Assembly: GCA_045631445.1 (NCBI GenBank)
Contig: JAZQUS010000045.1
Span: 1-61,995 of the forward strand
Reading direction: 5' to 3'
Length of the DNA stretch: 61,995 bases
Source of the DNA: Eubacteriales bacterium
GTDB lineage: Bacteria; Bacillota; Clostridia; Oscillospirales; CAG-272
The position numbers and the translations under genes were made by a program. Each line of letters begins with the position of its first letter. Position 1 is the first letter of the stretch. Positions 1 through 7,842 of the stretch are shown one piece after another. The notes under the pieces are model-generated. The model ran no database searches. It worked only from the letters and a program-made list of their open reading frames with translations, and was not told the origin of the DNA.

Positions 1-180
1 AGACTAACGGCTTTCTCGAAAAACTAAAACCTTGATTTTTCAAGTAATTTCTTTATGTTAACAAACGATGTTAAGCGGAGAAAGACGATTATTTGTTAAA
101 ACTTTGCTCTCCTCATCCACCACGCAAAGCGCGGTCCCCCTTCTCCGCTGGAGAAGGCACCGACAAATCAAAATTTGAAC
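1..180 (+). mobile_element. Palindromic repeat element A (left part outside window) of the shared-terminus repeat family
   Basis: Right terminus CCGACAAATCAAAATTTGAAC at 160-180, near-identical to four other copies; internal hairpin unit CCTCATCC...CCTTCTCCGCTGGAGAAGG at ~110-158. Confidence 0.7.
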
Positions 181-182
181 AA

Positions 183-899
183 TTAAATTTTTTCAAAAAT
201 TAGTTTTCTTCCCTCTTTGCGTAAGGATAGAAGTTCCGTTTCAAGAAGGAGCTTTTGCGCGCCCCAAAGCTTTCTTCCGTTTAATTTCAACGCTTTTGAC
301 AAAGTTGCGCGATCAAATTCACCGTCGGGCAGGATAGGAAAAAGTGCATTTTTGACATCGTCAATGCTATTTATGTAATCAAGTGAATATATCTCACCCG
401 CGACACGATCTACACTCGTTGCGCGGATCTTTTTTTGTTTTCCGTAGCCGTCGAGCAGTCTCACTTCGTCAATTTCCATGGACACAAAGCAAAACGAAAG
501 CTTTTCGTTTCCTAAAAATTCCTTTAAATAAAACAAATCGGCAATTCCGCTCGCAAGATTTTCGTGCTTTGAGGAGAGACGAGGCGCTTTTTTCATCTCA
601 CCTGACTCCTTATCAAGCCAAAATATTCTGCGATTTTTGGCAAGTGGGCAGACGACAATTATTTTATAATCAGTGTTTTCAAGGTAAAACTTTAATTTTT
701 TGACAAGGTTTCCAAGCTTTGCGGTTTGGATTTCATAAATCACACCGTTAGAACAAGCATCTGCAACAAAACGTCCGATTTTTACCTCGTGGCACGTTTC
801 GTCGGGGCAAAAATATGCCTTTAACGACGCGTGCAAGGAGCGTTCCATATACGTTGTTATTAAATTTTCCGTTTTTTCTATGGCAAAATTTTCTGACAT
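183..899 (-). CDS. Hypothetical protein, probable PD-(D/E)xK nuclease-like fold with C-terminal helical domain
   Basis: 238-aa ORF; E-x-SLH helix followed by VAD...YEIQT motif resembling restriction-endonuclease-like active sites. Confidence 0.55.
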   Translation of the reverse strand: MSENFAIEKTENLITTYMERSLHASLKAYFCPDETCHEVKIGRFVADACSNGVIYEIQTAKLGNLVKKLKFYLENTDYKIIVVCPLAKNRRIFWLDKESGEMKKAPRLSSKHENLASGIADLFYLKEFLGNEKLSFCFVSMEIDEVRLLDGYGKQKKIRATSVDRVAGEIYSLDYINSIDDVKNALFPILPDGEFDRATLSKALKLNGRKLWGAQKLLLETELLSLRKEGRKLIFEKI

Positions 900-945
900 A
901 TGCTTCTCCTTTCGCGTGAATTTACATATTATTGTATGGGGATAA

Positions 946-1498
946 TAAATTTAGTGAGAAGTTAGTTAAAATTAGGATTTTTTCGTTCTTTTTGAAAAAA
1001 GAACCAAAAACTTTTTAATCGTGGGAATGTATTAAAACCGCGCAAATCGTGATGTTTGATTTTAATCAAACATCACATAACGATTTTGCTCATATATTCG
1101 CAAAATCTGTGATTTGCTAATAAGTACGTAGCCGCGTGGATATCAAAATAGCATTGTATGAAAAAAATATCAAACATATCGGTGCGGGTGCACGGAGTGC
1201 CCCCCCTACGAATTTGCGTGTAGCCGTTTTGCTATCAAACGGCTATAGTTTAACAGAGTAAATTTTAGAAAATCACTATGTAAATAGTGGTTTTCGTAGT
1301 TTTGAAGGTTCGGCTCACACGTCGCGCTTGCGTGCAAGTGTGTGACGAAGTTTCAAAACCGATAATTTGTTCAAAAACAAATTATCGAAAATTTACGTCG
1401 AGTCAGCACAAACCCGCGATTAAAAGTTTTTTGCGAGCTTTTTTTCAAAAAAGCGAAAATCTTTACTTAACTAACTATTCGATAAATCAAAATTTGAA
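946..1498 (+). mobile_element. Composite palindromic element B (MITE/REPIN-like, non-autonomous)
   Basis: ~65-bp imperfect inverted arms (961-~1025 vs ~1412-1476), right terminus 1480-1498, single GTAG-type REP at 1184-1209; homologous to 6283-6833 and 16243-16757; left terminus degenerate. Confidence 0.8.
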
Positions 1499-1614
1499 AT
1501 TCAAACAAAATTTTTACACTTTTATTTTATCATATTTTGAGCAAATTATAAACAGGAGAATTGAAAATTTTAAGAAAAAATTGCAAAAAATTCTCTTGGG
1601 AGGTAAAAAACGAT

Positions 1615-2796
1615 ATGAAAAATATAAAAACAGGGCAAAAAATTGCGTTTTGTGGGCTTTTCTTCGTGATTTTGGCTCTTTTGGTGCTCGGATTTTACAA
1701 TGCGGCAATTCCAAAAACCGTTTCGTGTTTTTCGGGTGACGAGATTCCGAGTTATCTTGGTGCAACCTTTGAGGCGGACTCGATTGCAACCTCGACGAGT
1801 GGTGAAACGCGGGGTCAATACAAGCTTTTTGGCGCGATTCCCGTAAAAAGTGTGACGGTTTCACGCCTTGAGGATGTTAAGGTTTACGTTGGCGGTGTTC
1901 CCTTCGGTATCAAATTTTTGACCGAGGGCGTGAGTGTGGTCGGTTTTGAGGACGAAGCGTCAAACCCCGCTTACAAGGCCGGATTGCGCCTTTATGATAC
2001 CATTATCAAAATAAACGGCAAGAAAATTTCGGGCAATGCGGACGTTAGCGAGGCGGTTTCGGGCGGCGGTGAGATGAATATCACGTTTTTGCGCGCGGGC
2101 AAGGAAATGAGCTTAAAATTCACACCAAAATATTCCGAAAACGAGAAAAAATATACGCTCGGTGTTTGGCTCAAGGATAGCGGCGCGGGAATCGGCACGC
2201 TCACCTACGTTACTACCGACGGTGTTTTTGGCGGTCTTGGACACGGAATTTGTGATGGTGAGACGGGTGAACTCGTTCCAATCACAAGCGGAAGCGTGCT
2301 CGGTGTTACCTTAAACGGAATCGTAAAGGGCAAAAAGGGTGAGCCGGGTGAGCTCAAGGGCTATTTTAACTCGTCAAAGGTGGGTGCGATATACAAAAAT
2401 TCAGAGGTTGGCGTTTTCGGTGCATTGGCGGAAATTCCCGACGCCATCAAAGGAAAAACCTATTCAATCGGACTTAAAAACGAGCTTAAAGAAGGCAAGG
2501 CGACCATTCTATGCACTCTTGACGATAACGTCAGGCGCGAATACAGCATAGAAATTTCAAATATCAATCGCAACGCGGACGGAAACAAGTGCTTTAGCAT
2601 CAAAATCACCGACGAGCGCTTAATTAACGCGACGGGCGGTATTGTTCAAGGCATGAGCGGTTCGCCCATCATTCAAAACGGAAAGCTCGTCGGGGCGGTC
2701 ACTCACGTTCTTATTAACGATCCCTGCGCAGGATATGGCATTTTTATCGAAAACATGCTAAGGCAGAACGTTAAAGAGGAAAAAGCGGCGGCGTGA
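1615..2796 (+). CDS. spoIVB: SpoIVB peptidase (S55) with PDZ domain
   Basis: IVQGMSGSPIIQNGKLVGAVTHV catalytic motif, FGGLGHGICD motif, PDZ segment; GGAGGT RBS before ATG 1615. Confidence 0.95.
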   Translation: MKNIKTGQKIAFCGLFFVILALLVLGFYNAAIPKTVSCFSGDEIPSYLGATFEADSIATSTSGETRGQYKLFGAIPVKSVTVSRLEDVKVYVGGVPFGIKFLTEGVSVVGFEDEASNPAYKAGLRLYDTIIKINGKKISGNADVSEAVSGGGEMNITFLRAGKEMSLKFTPKYSENEKKYTLGVWLKDSGAGIGTLTYVTTDGVFGGLGHGICDGETGELVPITSGSVLGVTLNGIVKGKKGEPGELKGYFNSSKVGAIYKNSEVGVFGALAEIPDAIKGKTYSIGLKNELKEGKATILCTLDDNVRREYSIEISNINRNADGNKCFSIKITDERLINATGGIVQGMSGSPIIQNGKLVGAVTHVLINDPCAGYGIFIENMLRQNVKEEKAAA

Positions 2797-2800
2797 ATAC

Positions 2801-2831
2801 AAAAAATCCTTCCCGTTTGGGAAGGATTTTT
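2801..2831. terminator. Bidirectional intrinsic terminator between spoIVB and the DUF2752 gene
   Basis: AAAAAATCCTTCCC-GTTT-GGGAAGGATTTTT hairpin with A/T tails between convergent genes. Confidence 0.85.
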
Positions 2832-3167
2832 CTATAATAATTTGGAAATATAAAAAACAAAATTTATTATTAATACAAATAATACCGAAAAATATATCGC
2901 CTTTTTTCTCTTGAATTTAGATACATGAATCATCAACAAAGTCGCAACAAGCAATGGTAATGCAAATGGTTGATAGAATAAGTACCCCTCAGTATCTAGT
3001 TTTAATAATGAAATAATTGCTCTCGTGCAACCACAAGTTGGGCAAGGAATTTTGAAAACAAATAAAAACGGACACCCAATATTAAAAAAAGTTATTGCAA
3101 AAATAAATAGACATATAATAAAAACTAATAAAATATGTCTATTTATTATTTTGTTTGTTTTTCTCAA
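2832..3167 (-). CDS. DUF2752-like small membrane protein
   Basis: CPF...IPCPTCGCTRA motif between hydrophobic helices; TTG start overlaps the TGA stop of the upstream TM2 gene. Confidence 0.85.
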   Translation of the reverse strand: MRKTNKIINRHILLVFIICLFIFAITFFNIGCPFLFVFKIPCPTCGCTRAIISLLKLDTEGYLFYQPFALPLLVATLLMIHVSKFKRKKAIYFSVLFVLIINFVFYISKLL

Positions 3168-3517
3168 AGCATAAACATCAAATCATTGAAGTTCTTTTCT
3201 TTGGTTTTCTTTTGAATTGAGAACCAGTCAATGATGGTTAAAATACCACAAAAACCACCGGTTAAGAGTTTTAATACTCCCATACCTGTTTCTTTTAACA
3301 TAAAGCGGTCAACCCCTAATGTTCCCAAGAACAATGATACCAAAAGCAAGGTTGTAGGATCTTTAAATTCCATACAAGACACCAATGAAAACTTTGATTC
3401 ATCCATTTGATAAAGTTTTTCCTTCAAAAAAATCATTTTCTCAGCAGGAAAATACTTTTGATTGGTCATAATAAACATATCGACCTTTTGTTTGTCAACT
3501 AATACTTTTTCTTCCAT
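3164..3517 (-). CDS. TM2 domain-containing membrane protein
   Basis: KDPTTLLLVSLFLGTLGVDRFML...GVLKLLTGG...IDWF, typical TM2 signature. Confidence 0.9.
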   Translation of the reverse strand: MEEKVLVDKQKVDMFIMTNQKYFPAEKMIFLKEKLYQMDESKFSLVSCMEFKDPTTLLLVSLFLGTLGVDRFMLKETGMGVLKLLTGGFCGILTIIDWFSIQKKTKEKNFNDLMFML

Positions 3518-3537
3518 TTTTTCAGTCTCCTTTTAAA

Positions 3538-3588
3538 TATACCAAATTGGGATATTTGAATTATACCACTTTGGTATAATGTTGTCAA
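3538..3588. promoter_or_regulatory. Overlapping divergent sigma-A promoters with two palindromic operator candidates
   Basis: Minus: TTGACA(3588-3583)-17bp-TATAAT(3565-3560); plus: extended -10 TGnTATAAT (3572-3580); palindromes TATACCA-N3-TGGTATA at 3562-3578 and TATACCA-N3-TGGGATA at 3538-3554. Confidence 0.75.
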
Positions 3589-3626
3589 GACAATTTGCAA
3601 AAAAAGTCAAAAAAGAGGACAAAATA

Positions 3627-3833
3627 ATGAGATTTAGACTAAAGGAATTACGAAAGGAACGTAAAATTTCACAATTAAAACTCGCACTTGATTTGAATAT
3701 GAATCAAAATAGTATTAGCCGATATGAAAACATGGAGCGCGAGGCAGATTATGAAACACTCATCAAATTTGCAGACTATTTTAACGTTTCAATCGATTAT
3801 TTGCTAGGGAGAACCGATAATGAAAATAATTAA
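3627..3833 (+). CDS. XRE-family helix-turn-helix transcriptional regulator
   Basis: RLKELRKERKISQLKLA...ISRYENMERE...FNVSIDYLLGRT HTH_3 pattern; GAGG RBS before ATG 3627. Confidence 0.92.
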   Translation: MRFRLKELRKERKISQLKLALDLNMNQNSISRYENMEREADYETLIKFADYFNVSIDYLLGRTDNENN

Positions 3834-3878
3834 AAGACCTTTGTATTGGGTAACACAAAGGTCTTTTTGTTTTATATA

Positions 3879-4646
3879 TTAGTAGCTAATAAGTCCGCTA
3901 TCTGCTGTTACGATTGCGCCGCTTACAACTGCTGCTTCGTCGCTTGCGAGGAAGAGGGCGATGTCTGCGATTTCGAATGCTTCTGCGCTTCTTGTTCCGA
4001 AGTGCATTGCGAGCATTGCTGCGCCAAGACCCTTCTGGTCCGCAGTTGCGAAAAGTGCAGGATCTGTCATTTCTGTGTTGATACCCGCAGGACAGATTGC
4101 GTTGCAACGAATCTTATTGAGTCTATAGTTGAATGCTGTATTCTTTGTAAGACCGATAACCGCGTGCTTAGCCATTGTGTAAGCGCATCCACTCTTACCA
4201 CCGCAAAGGCCTGCGATGGAAGCGATGTTTACGATGTTACCGCCGTTTTCGTTTTCCATAAATACTCTAACTGCCTTTCTTGTAGCCCAAGCAGGACCGT
4301 AAACGTCAACCTTCATAAGACGTTCCATAAGCTCTGTATCAAGGTTTTCGGCAGGAGCGAAGTTGTCCATAAGACCTGCGTTGTTTACAAGAACGTCGAA
4401 CTTGCCGAACTTTTCGATTGCAAAGTCGATCATCTTTTCGTTTGTTTCTTCAAGAGAAATGTCACCTGCATATGCAACGATTTCACCTGCAAATTCCTTG
4501 CTCTGTTCTTCAAGAGCTGCAAGGCGCTCTGCTCTTCTTGCTACTGCAACAACCTTTGCGCCTTCTTTAGCAAAACGGAGAGCCACTTCTCTACCAACGC
4601 CACTTGATGCGCCTGTTACTACTACAACTTTGTTTTCTAATCTCAT
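3879..4646 (-). CDS. SDR-family NAD(P)-dependent oxidoreductase
   Basis: TGASSGVG, VNNAG, NIAS, YTMAK motifs; GGAGG RBS before ATG 4646; TTGACA(4720-4715)-17-TATAAT(4697-4692) promoter. Confidence 0.93.
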   Translation of the reverse strand: MRLENKVVVVTGASSGVGREVALRFAKEGAKVVAVARRAERLAALEEQSKEFAGEIVAYAGDISLEETNEKMIDFAIEKFGKFDVLVNNAGLMDNFAPAENLDTELMERLMKVDVYGPAWATRKAVRVFMENENGGNIVNIASIAGLCGGKSGCAYTMAKHAVIGLTKNTAFNYRLNKIRCNAICPAGINTEMTDPALFATADQKGLGAAMLAMHFGTRSAEAFEIADIALFLASDEAAVVSGAIVTADSGLISY

Positions 4647-4739
4647 TTTTGTTTCCTCCAATAATTAATATTATTTTTAATGAGCATATGTATTATATCA
4701 CATTGTTAAATATTTGTCAATATGTTTTTTTGTTGATTA

Positions 4740-4801
4740 AAATTGGGGATTTGTCGGAGAGATCGCACAAACTTGTAGGGGAGGGTCTTTTACAAGCCCT
4801 C
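4740..4801 (+). repeat. Truncated repeat element F: left terminus joined to a single GTAGGG REP
   Basis: AAATTGGGGATTTGTCGG then GCACAAACTTGTAGGGGAGGG, matching GCACAAATCTGTAGGGGAGGGG inside element C. Confidence 0.65.
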
Positions 4802-4807
4802 TTTTTG

Positions 4808-5404
4808 TTATTTTTCAATTTTTATTTTCCCCATTATACAATCAATAATTATTTTTGTGATGTTTTCAATACTTTCTTCGCAATTGTTGTCAAGCCACTC
4901 CATAACGATTGCGGTAATGCCCGAAAGGTAGAATTTCATAACGTATGCACGCTCGTTTTCGGGAAATTTAAATCTCGAAAGCACGGGACTAAATATATTA
5001 TCGAACATTTTTTGATAAACTCTATCAAACTCCATTGTGCCAAGGTGCTTGATTGACGTTTTGAATATCTGACGATTATCTTTGATAAAGGTCAGATACG
5101 GCGTTATATATTTGGGGGTTATGAAAAACAGCTCGTTTATATTGCACTCTTCAAGGTTTAATGATATGCTTTTTCTATCATTAGTGAAATAGGACAAAAA
5201 ACTATCAATCACATACCCTGTCGTTTCGCGCAAAAGATCGCAGGTGTTTTCATAATGAAGGTAAAAGGTTGATCGATTTACCCCTGCTTTTTCACAAATC
5301 TCGCGAATTGTGATGTACTCAAACTCCTTTTTCTCAAGCAAGGAAAGGAGTGCTTTATCGAATTTTTGTGCAGTATTGAAATATTTGCTTTCGTTCTTGT
5401 TCAT
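4808..5404 (-). CDS. TetR/AcrR-family transcriptional regulator
   Basis: LLSLLEKKEFEYITIREICEKAGVNRSTFYLHY HTH; GAGGAG RBS before ATG 5404. Confidence 0.93.
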   Translation of the reverse strand: MNKNESKYFNTAQKFDKALLSLLEKKEFEYITIREICEKAGVNRSTFYLHYENTCDLLRETTGYVIDSFLSYFTNDRKSISLNLEECNINELFFITPKYITPYLTFIKDNRQIFKTSIKHLGTMEFDRVYQKMFDNIFSPVLSRFKFPENERAYVMKFYLSGITAIVMEWLDNNCEESIENITKIIIDCIMGKIKIEK

Positions 5405-5425
5405 TTTTAGCACTCCTCTTCTCTT

Positions 5426-5776
5426 TTACTGTTTAGCGATTTCTTCTGCCAATTTTACGATATCGTATGCGTACTTTTTCTTGCCCTTTTCAAGCATTTT
5501 CTTATAGATGGGATAATTCACACCGCATCCGATAAATCCGAGAATGCCGATAATAATGCCCAACACCATCCAAGTTGTGCCGCCGCCGATGACCTGCATT
5601 GAAAGGCACATTCCCGTTCCTGCAACAAGTGACGAAATGATGCCAAATGCATAAGTAAATACGGTTGCGGGCATTTTTGCCTTTGCGTCAAGCTTTTTAA
5701 GTGCCACGATTTTTGAATTGTTTTTGGGCGCGTACTCCTTTGCTATGGATTCCGCATAAATTTTGTCTGTGTTCAT
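5426..5776 (-). CDS. Conserved small membrane protein of unknown function (two TM helices)
   Basis: K-x-x-AL-K-K-LD-x-K-A-K-x-PA motif then two Gly-rich hydrophobic helices; GGAG RBS before ATG 5776. Confidence 0.75.
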   Translation of the reverse strand: MNTDKIYAESIAKEYAPKNNSKIVALKKLDAKAKMPATVFTYAFGIISSLVAGTGMCLSMQVIGGGTTWMVLGIIIGILGFIGCGVNYPIYKKMLEKGKKKYAYDIVKLAEEIAKQ

Positions 5777-5910
5777 AATTTTTAATCTCCTTTTTGTTTT
5801 GTGGCTTAATTTTAGCATACGAAAAGAAGAATTTGAACAACAAGATTGTGGAAAAACGTGGAGTTTTGGGGAGTTTTATTATAGTATCATAAGTTTATTT
5901 GTTTTTTTAA

Positions 5911-6087
5911 GTGAAATATTCGACGTTGTCGAATGTGAAATAATGTTCTTCACACATTGTGAAATATTGCTCCTTCGTCGCAATGTGAAATGAAATTTGC
6001 TCACATTCGCGTCAGCGAATATTTCACGCGCCGCAGGCGTATTTCAAAGCAAAGCTATTTCACTTGCCCGCAGGGCAAATTTCGTTG
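5911..6087. repeat. Array of short hairpins spaced by GTGAAAT (x4) then ATTTCAC-like (x4) linkers
   Basis: GTGAAAT at 5911, 5935, 5959, 5985; inverted ATTTCAC/ATTTCAA/ATTTCAC/ATTTCGT in 6021-6086; most spacers are self-complementary. Confidence 0.75.
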
Positions 6088-6115
6088 AAAAAAGCACGCT
6101 TTCGCGTGCTTTTTT
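6088..6115 (-). terminator. Intrinsic terminator after tRNA-Arg
   Basis: AAAAAAGCACGC-TTTC-GCGTGCTTTTTT immediately 3' of the tRNA CCA. Confidence 0.85.
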
Positions 6116-6116
6116 C

Positions 6117-6194
6117 TGGCCCGCCCTGAGGGATTTGAACCCACGACCAACGGAATCGGAATCCGGTACTCTATCCGGGCTGAGCTAAGGGCGG
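6117..6194 (-). tRNA. tRNA-Arg (CCG)
   Basis: Cloverleaf: acceptor CCGCCCT/AGGGCGG, anticodon loop TTCCGAT, T-loop TTCAAAT, encoded CCA. Confidence 0.92.
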
Positions 6195-6201
6195 AGAGGG
6201 G

Positions 6202-6271
6202 GAATAAAGAATAATGAATAATGAATAAAGAATAATGAATAATGAATAATGAATAATGAATAATGAATAAT
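6202..6271. repeat. Heptamer tandem repeat (GAATAAT/GAATAAA) x10
   Basis: Ten contiguous 7-bp units, eight GAATAAT and two GAATAAA. Confidence 0.95.
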
Positions 6272-6282
6272 TTAAAAGCGCG

Positions 6283-6833
6283 TTCAAATTTTGATTTGTC
6301 GGAAAGTTAGTTAAGTGAAAATTTTCGCTTTTTTGAAAAAAAGAACCAAAAAACTTTTAAACGTTGGGGAAAACAAATTTCGCGCAATGCGCGTGACTCG
6401 CAATCACACGCGCTCGTCACACTCGTTTTTGTTGCACAGATGCAACAAAAACCGCGCATTGCTACTTTGCACATAGCCGTTTTGATAGCAAAATGGCTAC
6501 GCACAAATCTGTAGGGGAGGGGTTTTCCCTCCCGCCAAAAATGAAATTAGTTTGAGTTCATAAGCGGGTGCACGGAGTGCCCCCCTACAAAGTCGGCACA
6601 TAACCGTTTTGATAGCAAAATGGCAACGTTTGGCATTAGCAAATCACAGATTTTCGAACTGCCTGCCAACAGTGAGAAAATCGTTATGTATTGTTTGATT
6701 GAAATCAAACAATACGATTTGCGCGGTCTTAATTCAACACCTACGATTAAAAAGTTTTGGGGTTATAGGGGGATTTTTCAAAATCCCCCTAAATCTTTTC
6801 TTAACTATCTTCTCCTCGATAAATCCACAATTT
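6283..6833 (-). mobile_element. Composite palindromic element C (MITE/REPIN-like, non-autonomous)
   Basis: Inverted-orientation homologue of element E; termini at 6283-6302 and 6812-6833; GTAG REP doublet at 6511-6535 and 6564-6588 flanked by repeated TAGCCGTTTTGATAGCAAAATGGCTA-type hairpins. Confidence 0.85.
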
Positions 6834-6882
6834 ATCTTTCAAGAAAAGCCCCCAATAGATATGGGGGCCTTGCGTATAATAT

Positions 6883-7830
6883 TTACATCAAAAGGGCAGC
6901 AGCACCAAGGAGTCCTGCGCTATTTTCAAGCTCTGCGATGAGAATGGGCACACGAGGGCCTTTATCACCTGCGTATATTTCCTTATCAACGAGCTTCTGC
7001 AAGGGAACGATAAGATTATCACCCTGCGCACAAACTCCACCGCCGAGAAGAATTACTTCAGGACGGAAGATATTTGCATAGTTTACAAGTCCACAAGCAA
7101 GGTGCTCTATGTAAGAATCAACAACTTCTTTTGCATAAGCATCAACAGGAGCATAATCGAACACGGTTTTTCCACAAACCATATCAAGCGAACCACATTC
7201 CCACATTTTTGAATCAGGATGTGCTTCCATTGCTCTTTTTGTATCGCGGATAAGAGCCGTTGCTGAAGAATACGCTTCAAAACATCCCTTTCTGCCACAA
7301 GAACACTGTTCCCCGCCCTTCACAATAACAATATGACCAAGTTCTGCGCCGGCTCCCATATTACCTTCAACAAGCTTACCATCGATAACGATACCACCAC
7401 CAACACCTGTGCCAAGAGTGATCATAACTGCGCTATTATAGTTACGAGCCGCGCCAAATTTAACCTCACCAAGAGCTGCAACGTTTGCGTCATTACCTAT
7501 CTTAACCTTGATTCCGCCAAGAAGACGTGACAATTCATCACAAATTCTGAAATTTTCCCAACCGAGATTGTTTGCATAAACAACGTTACCTTTGGCAGAA
7601 TCAATCATACCGGGTGAACCGATGCCGAGTCCTTCAACATCATTCACAGTAAGTCCCTGCCTTTCAAGAAGCATATTTGCAAGCTTTGCAATGTTAGCCG
7701 CAACACCCTTGTCACCCTTCTCAACCTCTGTAGGTGTTTTATCAGAAACAAGAATTTCTCCGCTTTCATTAACGATTCCGCCCTTGATAAATGTTCCACC
7801 AAGGTCTATTCCAATATAATACTTTGCCAT
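6883..7830 (-). CDS. glcK: ROK-family glucokinase
   Basis: GIDLGGT, GIGSPG, NDANVAALGE, TLGTGVGGG, ELGH, CSCGRKGCFE motifs. Confidence 0.92.
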   Translation of the reverse strand: MAKYYIGIDLGGTFIKGGIVNESGEILVSDKTPTEVEKGDKGVAANIAKLANMLLERQGLTVNDVEGLGIGSPGMIDSAKGNVVYANNLGWENFRICDELSRLLGGIKVKIGNDANVAALGEVKFGAARNYNSAVMITLGTGVGGGIVIDGKLVEGNMGAGAELGHIVIVKGGEQCSCGRKGCFEAYSSATALIRDTKRAMEAHPDSKMWECGSLDMVCGKTVFDYAPVDAYAKEVVDSYIEHLACGLVNYANIFRPEVILLGGGVCAQGDNLIVPLQKLVDKEIYAGDKGPRVPILIAELENSAGLLGAAALLM

Positions 7831-7842
7831 AATTTTTCTCCT

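Noticed and set aside
1287-1864. ORFs 1287-1739 and 1514-1864
   Set aside because: They run through repeat element B or antisense to spoIVB; no start signals or family motifs
3846-4607. 253-aa Cys-rich ORF antisense to the SDR gene
   Set aside because: Shadow frame of a codon-biased gene; no RBS, no motif, composition is the expected reverse-strand mirror
5426-5776. Enzyme label (this family is sometimes auto-annotated as a reductase)
   Set aside because: Small two-TM protein without any nucleotide-binding or catalytic motif
2832-6194. Integrative island at the tRNA-Arg 3' end
   Set aside because: No integrase and no duplicated tRNA 3' sequence found at the far boundary
5911-6271. Possible CRISPR array (periodic hairpins; heptamer run)
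   Set aside because: Repeats are only 7 bp, spacers are short and self-complementary, and no cas genes are in the window
6307-7081. ORFs 6307-6504, 6620-7081 and the matching peptide MAT(F/L)GISKSQIFELPANSEKIVM in 16372-16593
   Set aside because: Shared peptide simply reflects DNA identity of elements C and E; no transposase motifs (HUH, DDE) and frames diverge beyond the repeat
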